Origin: an uncultured Patescibacteria group bacterium
GTDB taxonomy: Bacteria; Patescibacteriota; Microgenomatia; UBA1400; PJMF01
Reading direction: 5' to 3'
NCBI GenBank assembly: GCA_905478415.1
Contig: CAJQIG010000001.1
Coordinates: forward strand, 8,818 to 72,817
Length of the DNA: 64,000 nucleotides
Part shown: piece after piece, positions 1-9,216 of the stretch
Layout: every line of letters begins with the position of its first letter
Position numbering within the stretch: the first letter of the stretch is position 1
Translations under genes and position numbers: made by a program
The notes under the pieces: model-generated
What the model was told of the DNA's origin: nothing
Database searches by the model: none
The model's input: the letters and a program-made list of their open reading frames with translations, nothing else

Positions 1-166
1 ACGTATAGCACAAATGATTTCCGAACTTAAAAAGGGTAATGTTTATATGGGTATGAGTTGGTAGAAAAATCTCAGTCAATTGTGGTTAAATATATAAAAT
101 AAATGTAATTGATTTAATCAATACCCATGTATCAGACGGAAGTAAAATTGTGAGATAATTAGTGAT

Positions 167-484
167 ATGAGAATAAATCAAAATAAAAGTTATTTATATG
201 CGGTTATCTTTGGTATCTCTTTTGGTCTCGCTGATTCACTTTTAATGCTTCCACTTCAATTTGAGAATAAGGTACTTGCTATTTCAAGTGCATTTCTCCA
301 ACGCTTCGCAATTGGCTTTCTTATCCCCTTTGTCTCGTTGCCAGTTTCGGGAATTCTCAAAGGAATTATTATTAGTCTGCTGATTAGTTTTCCTACCGCT
401 CTGATAACAGGTTCATATGGACCCATTTTAATTACAGGAATTATTGGTGGGGCAATAATTGGTAAGTTAAGTACTAAAAAATAA
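167..484 (+). CDS. small hydrophobic membrane protein (about 3 TM segments), unknown function
   Basis: 105 aa, mostly hydrophobic stretches (GISFGLADSLLMLPL..., FAIGFLIPFVSLPVSGIL...). Confidence 0.35.
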   Translation: MRINQNKSYLYAVIFGISFGLADSLLMLPLQFENKVLAISSAFLQRFAIGFLIPFVSLPVSGILKGIIISLLISFPTALITGSYGPILITGIIGGAIIGKLSTKK

Positions 485-485
485 T

Positions 486-821
486 ATGGAAGAGAAACTT
501 TTTGAAGGTAAAAATTCTGAAGTTATAGCGATATATATAGCAATTAAGCACACGGTCAACAAATTGGATGCTGTCAAATTTGAAACAAAAAAAACTTCAA
601 TTCATGTAGTTGCACGGGTTGCGTTCTTGGGTATTCATCCTAAAACAAAATGGCTTGATCTAAACATAGTGACTGTAGAATCTATCACCTCACCAAGAGT
701 TAGCAAAACCGAAAGAGTTTCTGCAAATAGATTTCACAATACTATACGACTAACCGAAGAATCACAGGTTGATAGTGAACTTATCAACTGGATTAAAAAG
801 TCCTATGCTCAACTCCGCTGA
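486..821 (+). CDS. hypothetical protein, possibly DUF5655-like
   Basis: 111 aa; pattern TSIHVVARVAFLGIHPKTKWLDLNIV recalled as resembling the DUF5655 family. From memory only. Confidence 0.3.
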   Translation: MEEKLFEGKNSEVIAIYIAIKHTVNKLDAVKFETKKTSIHVVARVAFLGIHPKTKWLDLNIVTVESITSPRVSKTERVSANRFHNTIRLTEESQVDSELINWIKKSYAQLR

Positions 822-1020
822 CAAAAGCTTGTATTAACGCTGGTTCAATGTTGAACTGAGGGTATGCAAAACTCTCGAGAAAAAAAACGATGTGAGCCCA
901 TTGTCCCTCAGTTGGAACACCTCTTCAAGAGCATTTTACATACATACTCCAGACTAAAAGAGCTTGGATTTACCTATTTTGATGGAACCGTGAGTATAAT
1001 TGAAACGGAAGGAGATTCTC

Positions 1021-1494
1021 ATGACTAGTTTGAGTGGTAAAAATGAGGGGAAATTTATTTCTCATTTATTCGATGAGAAATCGTTCTATTCTTCTTTTCT
1101 TTCTGATTTAGAAGACTGTGAGCATGAAGTAATAATTGAGAGTCCATTTATATCTAAGTCTCGAATGGATGTCCTTCTGCCCTTCTTCAGGCGATTGGTG
1201 AATCGAGATGTGACTGTGTACGTAATAACTAAAGACCCAAGCATTCTTGATGAACCATTAGCTTCGTATTCTCGAGAGATCATTCGAGAGTTTGAGATGT
1301 TGGGTGTGCATGTTTTGGCTACTGCAAATCACCACCACAGAAAGCTGGCTATTTTGGATAGGCAGGTTTTATGGGAAGGAAGTTTAAACATTCTTTCGCA
1401 ATCGAATAGCAGAGAAATTATGAGAAGAATCCAGGGCGAAGAACATGCACAAGAGATGTTTGAGTTCTTAAAACTTGGCAGATTTATAGAATAG
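1021..1494 (+). CDS. PLD-family (single HKD) nuclease, Nuc-like
   Basis: HxK(x4)D motif in HHHRKLAILD followed by the GSxN element (EGSLNILSQSN). ATG at 1021 is preceded by a GGAGG RBS; the track ORF begins at a TTG at 1000. Confidence 0.65.
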   Translation: MTSLSGKNEGKFISHLFDEKSFYSSFLSDLEDCEHEVIIESPFISKSRMDVLLPFFRRLVNRDVTVYVITKDPSILDEPLASYSREIIREFEMLGVHVLATANHHHRKLAILDRQVLWEGSLNILSQSNSREIMRRIQGEEHAQEMFEFLKLGRFIE

Positions 1495-1522
1495 CAAGTA
1501 TGCGTTACAATACAGGCAGATT

Positions 1523-1747
1523 ATGACAAAGAAAAACACTGGTTACCAGATTAACGAAAAAGATATAGAGGCTACCCTAAAATATCTGAAATTGAATGGT
1601 GAGCTTGAAGCTACCCGTGAAGATGCAATTCAATATCTTGAAGAACATCAAGTAATGGCACATGTAGCGGCACACAAGATTGTTGAGGATGAACAACTCG
1701 CTATAGCACCAAAAAAGGAAGTAAAAAAGCTAGAGTCAGGTGACTAA
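1523..1747 (+). CDS. hypothetical acidic 74-aa protein
   Basis: ORF only; no recognisable motif. Confidence 0.25.
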   Translation: MTKKNTGYQINEKDIEATLKYLKLNGELEATREDAIQYLEEHQVMAHVAAHKIVEDEQLAIAPKKEVKKLESGD

Positions 1748-1950
1748 AAATCCAGAATATCAGAAGATCTAACTTTTAAAGCTTTGGCAATATCTTTAAG
1801 CACCTCCAGAGAAGGATTTTCTTCATCACGCTCTATGCGAGCATAATAATTTGAGCTAATCTTTGCTCTCTCAGCCAACTCAACCTGAGTGAGTTGTTTT
1901 TCTTTTCGTAGTTTTTTAAGGTTTTTTCCTATTTTTGTTTTTGGTGGCAT
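1744..1950 (-). CDS. XRE-family helix-turn-helix transcriptional regulator
   Basis: LKKLRKEKQLTQVELAERAKISSNYYARIERDEENPSLEVLKDIAKAL is the classical Cro/C1 HTH pattern. Confidence 0.7.
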   Translation of the reverse strand: MPPKTKIGKNLKKLRKEKQLTQVELAERAKISSNYYARIERDEENPSLEVLKDIAKALKVRSSDILDF

Positions 1951-1958
1951 AGTAGTAT

Positions 1959-3749
1959 TTATTTATTCCAAATGTGAATTTTTTTAACTAGTTCATTTAT
2001 TTTTTTATTCAAGTCAGTACCTTTTTCAAAGGTCTCTTTGTTAATGTGTTTGATTAATTGATTTGCAGCATCAACTTTAATATAGGAAGTTGAAAGATTG
2101 CTTATCTTGGTATATTTACTCATACCTTGAATATTTAAAATAGATTCAAAAGTTTCTGATGGTACGTAGTTTTCAATTTCTCTACCTTGAGTTACCCAGA
2201 CCATTGCATTATCACTGAGGTTATTTATTTCAGAACGAATTCTTTCTTTGGTTGCATTGATTTTGTCTGTTTCTTTTGTTTTGTCGCTATCGATAATTAC
2301 AGCAATATTTCTATTTAGTTTAACAAGATTAATGAAATCACTAACCTCTTCATTTTGATCTGCGGTAACTTGCGCTGATAAATGACTGAGTAGTTTACCG
2401 CCATAAAACATGATGCTGTAGTGAATGCCTTCTTTTAAAGATTCATCTTTTAGATTAATCCAGTGATTAATTAAAATTCTGTCTGACGGACCTTCTACCC
2501 AAATTATTCCGTTTGTTTGTAATATGTCGCTAGCTTTTACCCCAAGATCATCTAATACGGACTGAAGAATCTTTTCATCAGCTTTGTTAATATTTGTTAA
2601 GCCATTATTTGTAAATACTCTGTAAATGCTACTGCTTTCATCTGTAAATGAGTTAATAAGAACACTAGAGTGCGAACTTATCAAATATTGGTGATCGGTT
2701 TTATCTCTCAAAAAATCAATAAGTCTTCTTTGCATTATTGGATCTAAATGTACTTCTGGTTCCTCAAGAGAAATCAATGAGTTATTTGGTGAATATAGAA
2801 TATCAACTACTAGCACAATTAATTCTTCAACACTTGAACCCCATGATTTATATGACATTATTTGACCATCAACATCTTTTTTGGGCTCTATTAGTAGGTG
2901 AGATTTATCATTTGGAATTACGATTTCTACTTCAATATCAAGCAGATCAGAAATAAACTGGTTGAGAATTTTATATTTTTTTCTGTGTTGTTGATATGAA
3001 TTTTTTGGGGAACTCCAGTCAGAAATCATATCAATTACTCTACTTCCATTGAAGTCTAGCTGGTTGATAATGCGACTTGCTGTGTTCCCATCATCCTTGT
3101 CTGATGTTCCGCCAATTTTTCTGACAGCTTTTATCATCCTCATTTGATTATGAAATGCCTTGAGTTGATTTAGCATTACCCAGAGGTAATTAAATTTTCC
3201 AGATCTAGTGCCTGAAAATTTTCCATAATCATCATTAAATTGTGACTCATTGAATGAACCAACGGCTTGTCTGAAAACTTTTTTATGAGTGGAAATTAAT
3301 GGTGTATCATTCCAAATTAACTCATTTAGGTTGAAGTGGAGTTGATTTTCGTTTTCGATACCAACGCTTATAGCGAGAGTTATTAAGTTCCTATCATTAT
3401 TAAAAAGCTCTGCTTGGAAAGTTTTATTTTCTCCAGAAAAGCCTGATAGAAGTTGCTCCTTTTCATCATCAGAAAAGGAGAATGATATTGAGAAATCAAG
3501 GCTTTTATCTGTGTTAAAAAAGTCTTCTACACTAGAGTGTGAGTTATTTATGCTAGGAGTAATTGAACCAGATAATGATGGAATCTTTCTAAGAATATCT
3601 GAAATAAAAGGCACTATTCTAATTATGTTAGATTTTCCAGCATTATTTTCTCCAATGAATAAATTAAATCGTTGAAGATCATTAAGTTCAAGATGTGCAT
3701 TAGAACTTATACTCCTAAAATTTCTAATTTTTATGTTTGTTACTTTCAT
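1959..3749 (-). CDS. OLD-family ATP-dependent endonuclease (N-terminal ABC-type ATPase, C-terminal Toprim); solo, class-1-like
   Basis: Walker A LFIGENNAGKSNI just after the N-terminal IKIRNFRSI; Walker B/D-loop LISLEEPEVHLDP; H-loop SSHS; Toprim IIWVEGPSDRIL, DxD IAVIIDSDKT, EIENY. 596 aa, similar in size to P2 Old. Confidence 0.7.
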   Translation of the reverse strand: MKVTNIKIRNFRSISSNAHLELNDLQRFNLFIGENNAGKSNIIRIVPFISDILRKIPSLSGSITPSINNSHSSVEDFFNTDKSLDFSISFSFSDDEKEQLLSGFSGENKTFQAELFNNDRNLITLAISVGIENENQLHFNLNELIWNDTPLISTHKKVFRQAVGSFNESQFNDDYGKFSGTRSGKFNYLWVMLNQLKAFHNQMRMIKAVRKIGGTSDKDDGNTASRIINQLDFNGSRVIDMISDWSSPKNSYQQHRKKYKILNQFISDLLDIEVEIVIPNDKSHLLIEPKKDVDGQIMSYKSWGSSVEELIVLVVDILYSPNNSLISLEEPEVHLDPIMQRRLIDFLRDKTDHQYLISSHSSVLINSFTDESSSIYRVFTNNGLTNINKADEKILQSVLDDLGVKASDILQTNGIIWVEGPSDRILINHWINLKDESLKEGIHYSIMFYGGKLLSHLSAQVTADQNEEVSDFINLVKLNRNIAVIIDSDKTKETDKINATKERIRSEINNLSDNAMVWVTQGREIENYVPSETFESILNIQGMSKYTKISNLSTSYIKVDAANQLIKHINKETFEKGTDLNKKINELVKKIHIWNK

Positions 3750-3773
3750 TAATTGTATTGTATCAATATAGTG

Positions 3774-4391
3774 TTAGTTTGTACCTTGTAATATAGTTTT
3801 CGGATTCACAGGTATTCCATACACCCTTATTTCAAAGTGCAAATGAGGACCTGTAGACCATCCAGTACTTCCCATTTCTCCGATTGAATCAGTCACTTTT
3901 ACTTCCTGTCCTTCATAAACTGTAATTCGATTGAGATGAGCGTATACAGATGTAATATTGTCTCCATGATCAATAATTACGTGTTTTCCATATCCCCAAA
4001 AAATCTCGCCAGCATAAGTTATAGTCCCATCCATAAAGGGTGATATTTTATCTCCCACTTTGCCCTGTGAGTTGGCAATATCTATTCCTGCATGAAACTT
4101 TTGGTAACCACTAGATTTAGCAAACTCAAGTGTAGTTACACCCTGAACAGGCCAAGTAACTTTTTTTGATACTTCTTTAACAACAGATCCGTCTGCAGGG
4201 TTTTTTATTTGAATAGTCTGTGTTTCGGGTTCAACATCTATCAGTGCGTCTGAGACAATGTTGATACCTGTGTGCATCAGAATAACTACTGCAATTATTG
4301 GCAGAGATATTAAAACCAAAAATGAAAACGCTACAAACTGCAGTTCTCGTCTAAAAGACCAAATGGTGTGAGCGGTAAGTACTGCATGCAT
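3774..4391 (-). CDS. M23 family metallopeptidase (LytM-like), membrane-anchored; probable T4SS cell-wall hydrolase
   Basis: N-terminal TM segment; HAGIDIA ... HLHFEIR zinc-binding motifs of M23 peptidases; sits in the T4SS operon. Confidence 0.75.
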   Translation of the reverse strand: MHAVLTAHTIWSFRRELQFVAFSFLVLISLPIIAVVILMHTGINIVSDALIDVEPETQTIQIKNPADGSVVKEVSKKVTWPVQGVTTLEFAKSSGYQKFHAGIDIANSQGKVGDKISPFMDGTITYAGEIFWGYGKHVIIDHGDNITSVYAHLNRITVYEGQEVKVTDSIGEMGSTGWSTGPHLHFEIRVYGIPVNPKTILQGTN

Positions 4392-6206
4392 CTACAAATA
4401 TAAATCTTTCGGATCAGTGGTTAACATTGGATGTTCTTTTTCTGAGGCTACTATTTTGACTGCAACATGATTTTGATCAGCTATGATCAGTGCCTCACCT
4501 CGATCACAAGTGAGCAAGAATTGTTGTTCGTATTCACTCAAGTTAAATTCCTGCACTACTTTTTTGATTGATGTAGTATCCTGCTTCATTAGAATTCTCA
4601 ACGATGATTGAGATGCAATTGCTCTGCCATATTCTTGATTTAAAAAGTCATTAGCTTGCTGGGAAATAAGTGTGACTCCTAAGTAGTGTTTACGAGCACG
4701 TCTGACTAGTCCTGCCAAAAACCTCGCACTCTCTTCATGTTGTAAAAGCAGCCAAGCTTCATCAATGACGAGAATTCTTTTCTGAGGATTTGATTTCACT
4801 TCTGAGTGCACGAAGTTAGCGGTAACCAGAATCATAATTTGCCTGAGTGACTCATCCAAGTCTTTAATATCAAAAATGACTAAGCGGTTGGAAAGATCCA
4901 CATTCGTTTGTGAATCAAAAACACTGGAAAGTGAGCCAGACACAAACTTATCCAGCCTGTGACACAGCTCTTTTTGTTTCATTTTCTTAAGCACTTTATA
5001 GAAGTCTTTGAGTAGTGGGAATTTCTGATCTGCTTCGTAGTTTCGTTTTCGCATGCTGATACCAAACTGTTTGTAGGTTTCAATCAAAGCTTTATCGACT
5101 ACAGCTCGTTCTTCGTCAGTCAGTGACCTTGCCATTAGAGAAATAATTTCAGTCAGATCTTGAATATGTTCAGCCAATCCATTTTGACCTGTAAATGATT
5201 TGAGTGAAAAATCAAAAGGGTTAATTTTTTCTTTGGAGGTAGCAGATAGCCTGATATAGGTACCTTTAACTGATTTTGCTAGCTGTTTGTATTCCCGCTC
5301 TGGATCGATGACAATGACTTTGGTTTGTTGCATCAGTTGTCTTAAAATCTCGACTTTTGCAGTATAGCTTTTACCTGAACCTGACTGAGCAAAAATAATA
5401 GAGTTAGCATTGTTGAGTGAAAAGCGATCTACTATTACCAGCGAGTTATTCGACTTGTTAATGCCATACAAAATACCAGACTCTTGCACTAGTTCTGATG
5501 AAACAAATGGAAAAGTTAGTGCAGCACTAGAGCTATCTAGGTTTCGTTTTTGATTCAATTGGTTTTCACCACGTGGCAAGATGGATTGCAAACCTTCAAG
5601 TTGTTGGAAGGTGGCAGTTTTGATGTAAAACATTCTAGAAGCCATGATGGTTTCAATTACTTGAGTTGTTTTATTAAGCTCTTCCAAACTGTCAGCACTC
5701 AACGTCATATAGATGGAAATTTGAAACAGTTTTTCTTGTCCTCTTTGAATTTTGTCCTTAAGCTCCATAGCAGATTCAAGCGGATCAGTAATTTCAGATC
5801 CAATTACTTTTCCTGCCTTGAGCATGCTTCGTTTAGTTGACTCAAGCTCGGTGATTTTACGATTTAATTTTGGCAATGCCATCAGAGGATCAACATGCTC
5901 AATATGATAAGAGATATCTAGGTCATGGTTGAAGTTGATCAACATATTCAGCCAACCAACATTAGCAACATATGGGTAGCCAGAGATAAACAGCGTTCGT
6001 ACAAACGTATCACCTATTTGTAGGTAGGTTGATTCTTCCATCAGACCTGAGTAAGAAATTAAATCAACCTGATCTTGTTCTCCAAAACTAAACTGAAGTG
6101 AAAGGCGTTCCCTTCGGTTTTTCTCCTGTTGGGTTTTAAACTTTCGAACCTTTTTTCGTTTCCATTTTTGTAAGTTGTGGTAGTGGGTTTGAACATTGTT
6201 AAACAT
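4392..6206 (-). CDS. virB4: VirB4/TrbE/TraE-family conjugal transfer ATPase, C-terminal ATPase part
   Basis: Walker A IIFAQSGSGKSYTAKV, Walker B VIDEAWLLL; length and order typical of VirB4. The N-terminal domain is encoded by the overlapping upstream ORF. Confidence 0.8.
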   Translation of the reverse strand: MFNNVQTHYHNLQKWKRKKVRKFKTQQEKNRRERLSLQFSFGEQDQVDLISYSGLMEESTYLQIGDTFVRTLFISGYPYVANVGWLNMLINFNHDLDISYHIEHVDPLMALPKLNRKITELESTKRSMLKAGKVIGSEITDPLESAMELKDKIQRGQEKLFQISIYMTLSADSLEELNKTTQVIETIMASRMFYIKTATFQQLEGLQSILPRGENQLNQKRNLDSSSAALTFPFVSSELVQESGILYGINKSNNSLVIVDRFSLNNANSIIFAQSGSGKSYTAKVEILRQLMQQTKVIVIDPEREYKQLAKSVKGTYIRLSATSKEKINPFDFSLKSFTGQNGLAEHIQDLTEIISLMARSLTDEERAVVDKALIETYKQFGISMRKRNYEADQKFPLLKDFYKVLKKMKQKELCHRLDKFVSGSLSSVFDSQTNVDLSNRLVIFDIKDLDESLRQIMILVTANFVHSEVKSNPQKRILVIDEAWLLLQHEESARFLAGLVRRARKHYLGVTLISQQANDFLNQEYGRAIASQSSLRILMKQDTTSIKKVVQEFNLSEYEQQFLLTCDRGEALIIADQNHVAVKIVASEKEHPMLTTDPKDLYL

Positions 6207-6819
6207 AATTGTGCTGTAGTATTGCTTTCATAGTAGTACTGGTTAATTCTTGAGTTTTTATCTGGCCTTTGTTGTAGAAGCTATAAAAGAGATGGAGGAC
6301 TTCTAAACTATCAAGCTTTCTGGCTTTCATCCCAAGTTTTTCTAGAGCTTTAATTACCATATCTTGAGTTAAATTGAGTTGAGCCTGTGCAAGCTCAAAG
6401 GTATTGCCTTTGGTTTCTGGTTTGTAAGGTAGGACGATGTAAAACCTTCGAGATAGAATTTTGTTGCCAGATACAAGCTGGCGAATAAACTGGGTGTAAT
6501 CACTAATTTGTTCTAGATATTGCTTCTCATTTTCTGTTTCCTTGAGTAAGTCGATGGAATCAACGTATTGATCAATATCCACTTCACGAATACGAATCAA
6601 TATTTGTAGTTGGGAAGGTAGTGAGTTTAGAAATGTTTGAAAGCTATCAATCAACACATCCTGTTCGGCTTCACTCTTGAGTTCGAAGTTAACTGAGGAC
6701 GTTTCAATAACTAGTCGATGCTCGTTGTTTGGTAAAACCAAAATCCCGTCACGCACTTCTTTGATGGCAATTTGGTTTCGAGAGCTAACTTTATTAAGAG
6801 ATTTTTTCAAAGGCCACAT
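6199..6819 (-). CDS. VirB4 N-terminal domain encoded as a separate ORF (split or frameshifted virB4)
   Basis: IAIKEVRDGILVLPNNEHRLVIETSSVNFELKSEAEQDVLIDSFQTFLNSLPSQLQILIR matches the conserved N-terminal region of VirB4/PrgJ/TrsE. Overlaps the ATPase ORF by 8 nt (ATGTTTAA). Confidence 0.55.
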   Translation of the reverse strand: MWPLKKSLNKVSSRNQIAIKEVRDGILVLPNNEHRLVIETSSVNFELKSEAEQDVLIDSFQTFLNSLPSQLQILIRIREVDIDQYVDSIDLLKETENEKQYLEQISDYTQFIRQLVSGNKILSRRFYIVLPYKPETKGNTFELAQAQLNLTQDMVIKALEKLGMKARKLDSLEVLHLFYSFYNKGQIKTQELTSTTMKAILQHNYV

Positions 6820-7300
6820 TGAGTCCTCCTTTCTTGCCAGAACGATAGGTTAGATTGAAATCAGTTTTTTCTAGAAGATGGCGTAGTTTCAGTACATCTT
6901 TAATATCAGGTGTAGCAAGGTATTTTTGTACTTCTTTTTCAAGCTGTTCCTGTTTAACAGTTACTGTTTGAACTTCTGGCTTTATTATTTCTCGATTAGT
7001 TGCTGAATTCTTGTTGTAGATGTAATACTTTGGCCTTGCGTTGTATCGAATCAATATGCTAAGCCAACTGGCGATGATTCTGCCTTTGACTCTGACAGCA
7101 AGCGTGATGCTTAAAACAGCAAAGATGCACGTTAGAACAAGCTTATAGATAACAAAAGTCATGGTAGGTGGTAGGAAAGCGTAGATAAATGTTGCAATCA
7201 AGACTGGCATGAGTAGAAGCATGATTTGTGTCAGACTAAAGTTGCCTGCAATCTTATCTTCTACTGTAGTTATTTGAGCTGGTATGACTTGACTTCTCAT
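6794..7300 (-). CDS. VirB3-like small membrane protein
   Basis: 168 aa with hydrophobic segments, immediately upstream of virB4 as in Gram-positive and minimal T4SS. Confidence 0.4.
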   Translation of the reverse strand: MRSQVIPAQITTVEDKIAGNFSLTQIMLLLMPVLIATFIYAFLPPTMTFVIYKLVLTCIFAVLSITLAVRVKGRIIASWLSILIRYNARPKYYIYNKNSATNREIIKPEVQTVTVKQEQLEKEVQKYLATPDIKDVLKLRHLLEKTDFNLTYRSGKKGGLNVAFEKIS

Positions 7301-8598
7301 ATGTTTACTACCTTCTTTGATACTTTGGCCGCTGCATTCTGAGCTTGTGCCCTGCTGGCAGTTGCAGCGTTATCTGTAGTCATCACGTTAATAATTTGGT
7401 TCCCGAGTTTTTTCATTGCTCCCGAGTTAGCGGTGTACATGACCATCTGCATCATGAGATTTGGAGTTTTGAGTAAGGTGATAAAAAGTCCGATTCCCAC
7501 TGCTATTGAAATGATCGAGTTTTCACTATGGTCTGGAAGAGTCAAAAACGAGCTAGCTAATTGAATTATCACCACATGGACAAAAACAATAAAAATACTG
7601 ACAAGATACGTTTTTATGGCAATCAAGGCAAAGTCTGAAAATTTAGGTAGGGCTGAAAGTAAGAAAATAAAAGGTGACAAAACTGCTCCAAGGGAAATAA
7701 AGATCAAACGGCTGATGTACATAAGCAGTAGCACTATTGAGACAATTAAAAACAGCACCATGAAGATCAAAATTATCAGGGGTGTAGTTCCAGAAATGAC
7801 TGCTGTTGGATTAAAAGCAGCTTCAATCCATGCATGGTTCAGTCCTCCTGTTGAATCTAAGATAACTTTCACCAACATATTGCAGGTGATAATGGCGTAG
7901 TCTGCTAGGAAGAGTGAGATGTTAGTGGCTAAGAAAGTTAGCCCAAGTCTTGGGAGAAGTTGTTTGAGCTCCACTTCTTCAAAACCAAACGAACTTGCAC
8001 TCATAACTTGTAAGCCCATCAGAGCCACTACCAAGATAAATAAAGCGTCCACAATACCGACTGAAATAAACCAAAAATTACGAACCACCTCATTGTCTAA
8101 AAGTGTTGGCGTGGTTGTTAAATACCCAAGCACTCCATTGACAATTGGTTCAGTAGAGCTTTCAACAATGTTTTGGATAAAGCCACCTATGGCATCAATT
8201 AAAACTTGAGTGAGTCCTTCGGATGGTTCAACTGTTTCAATGCTGACAATATCAATCGGTGTGCCAGACCCAGAGGTATTTTGAGAATTCAAAGCATGTT
8301 GGAATACAGAAGTAACCACGTTTGCAGCTAAAACCAAAGTTAAACCAATGACAGCATTGCGAATAGTCTTCTTGGCAGATTCAAGAACTTCGGGTTTTCC
8401 AGCTGAGGTGATGTAGAGATACCCTGCTTTAACTAAAAAAAAGACCGCTGATGCGGTCGCGATTAGAGTGATGATTTGTAATGTACTATTTGTGTATTCT
8501 ATGACATCGGGATTGGTTGATTGAGCAAAAACAGGAGAACTAAACAAAAGGAAAGCAAGTGCGGTTGTTCCAATAGTTGTTAGTACTCTTCTCATCAA
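7297..8598 (-). CDS. VirB6/TrbL-like polytopic membrane protein with N-terminal signal peptide and a pilin-like domain
   Basis: Signal peptide ...SPVFAQS. Residues about 40-95 are paralogous to the adjacent 113-aa pilin (GYLYITSAGKPEVLESAKKTIRNAVIGLTLVLAA vs GYITSSGNPEALEKSKKTILYSAVGLTLVLGA). At least 6 further TM segments, glycine-rich. Confidence 0.55.
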   Translation of the reverse strand: MMRRVLTTIGTTALAFLLFSSPVFAQSTNPDVIEYTNSTLQIITLIATASAVFFLVKAGYLYITSAGKPEVLESAKKTIRNAVIGLTLVLAANVVTSVFQHALNSQNTSGSGTPIDIVSIETVEPSEGLTQVLIDAIGGFIQNIVESSTEPIVNGVLGYLTTTPTLLDNEVVRNFWFISVGIVDALFILVVALMGLQVMSASSFGFEEVELKQLLPRLGLTFLATNISLFLADYAIITCNMLVKVILDSTGGLNHAWIEAAFNPTAVISGTTPLIILIFMVLFLIVSIVLLLMYISRLIFISLGAVLSPFIFLLSALPKFSDFALIAIKTYLVSIFIVFVHVVIIQLASSFLTLPDHSENSIISIAVGIGLFITLLKTPNLMMQMVMYTANSGAMKKLGNQIINVMTTDNAATASRAQAQNAAAKVSKKVVNI

Positions 8599-8620
8599 TA
8601 CGTATTCCTTTTCTAATCAA

Positions 8621-8962
8621 TTACATTCCAGATCCAAATGCAGTGGTTGCGACTTGGCTTACCATATTTGAAATAACAAACGCACCAAGTACTAAAGTAA
8701 GTCCGACTGCGGAGTACAGAATAGTTTTTTTGGATTTTTCTAATGCTTCTGGATTTCCTGAGCTCGTAATGTAACCGACACCACCCCAGACGATGAAGCC
8801 TGCTGCTATAAAGCCAGACAAGGTGACCATGATCTGAATCACTTCTTGGATAAAAGATTGAATTTGTCCCACTTCAGCCGACTGAGCAAAGACTGGATTA
8901 GCCACGACTAAGGAAGTAAGAAATATGCTTTGGAGAACTATGAGTTTTTTCATAAACACCAC
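8621..8962 (-). CDS. VirB2/TrbC-like pilin
   Basis: 113 aa, signal peptide ending VFAQS, two hydrophobic helices, conserved SSGNPEALEKSKK motif as in T4SS pilins of Gram-positive/minimal systems. Confidence 0.5.
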   Translation of the reverse strand: MVFMKKLIVLQSIFLTSLVVANPVFAQSAEVGQIQSFIQEVIQIMVTLSGFIAAGFIVWGGVGYITSSGNPEALEKSKKTILYSAVGLTLVLGAFVISNMVSQVATTAFGSGM

Positions 8963-9216
8963 CCTTTCACTAATTAAAGTATGTTGGGCAGGTGTTACAA
9001 AAAAAGCTACCTCACTAGTGGGCAGCTCTTGTTATAACGCTTTACTTTTGGTTGTAAATTGTATCAGATTATATCAGTAGTCTGGTGTATATCAAGAGAG
9101 AAATGTGATTTTGATATCCCGTAACTCTTGAGGTTGTACTATAATGGTGATTGTTAACCGAGATTTTTATATGAATCTTAATAATATATTTAGTCAAGAA
9201 AACAGAAAGCACAATT

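Noticed and set aside
2738-2956. 72-aa + strand ORF inside the OLD-family gene. The same reasoning covers 5550..5840, 7616..7900, 7919..8209, 8577..8774, 9510..9761, 10130..10312, 14427..14870, 14887..15258, 15303..16461 and other short antisense ORFs in the track.
   Set aside because: Entirely nested antisense to long, motif-supported genes; low-complexity translations; typical shadow ORFs in AT-rich DNA
8990-9032. Imperfect hairpin (gctacctcactagtgggcagc) followed by a T-run on the minus strand, upstream of the pilin gene
   Set aside because: The stem has a mismatch and no upstream minus-strand gene needs terminating there; could be a leader or attenuator, but evidence is too thin to call
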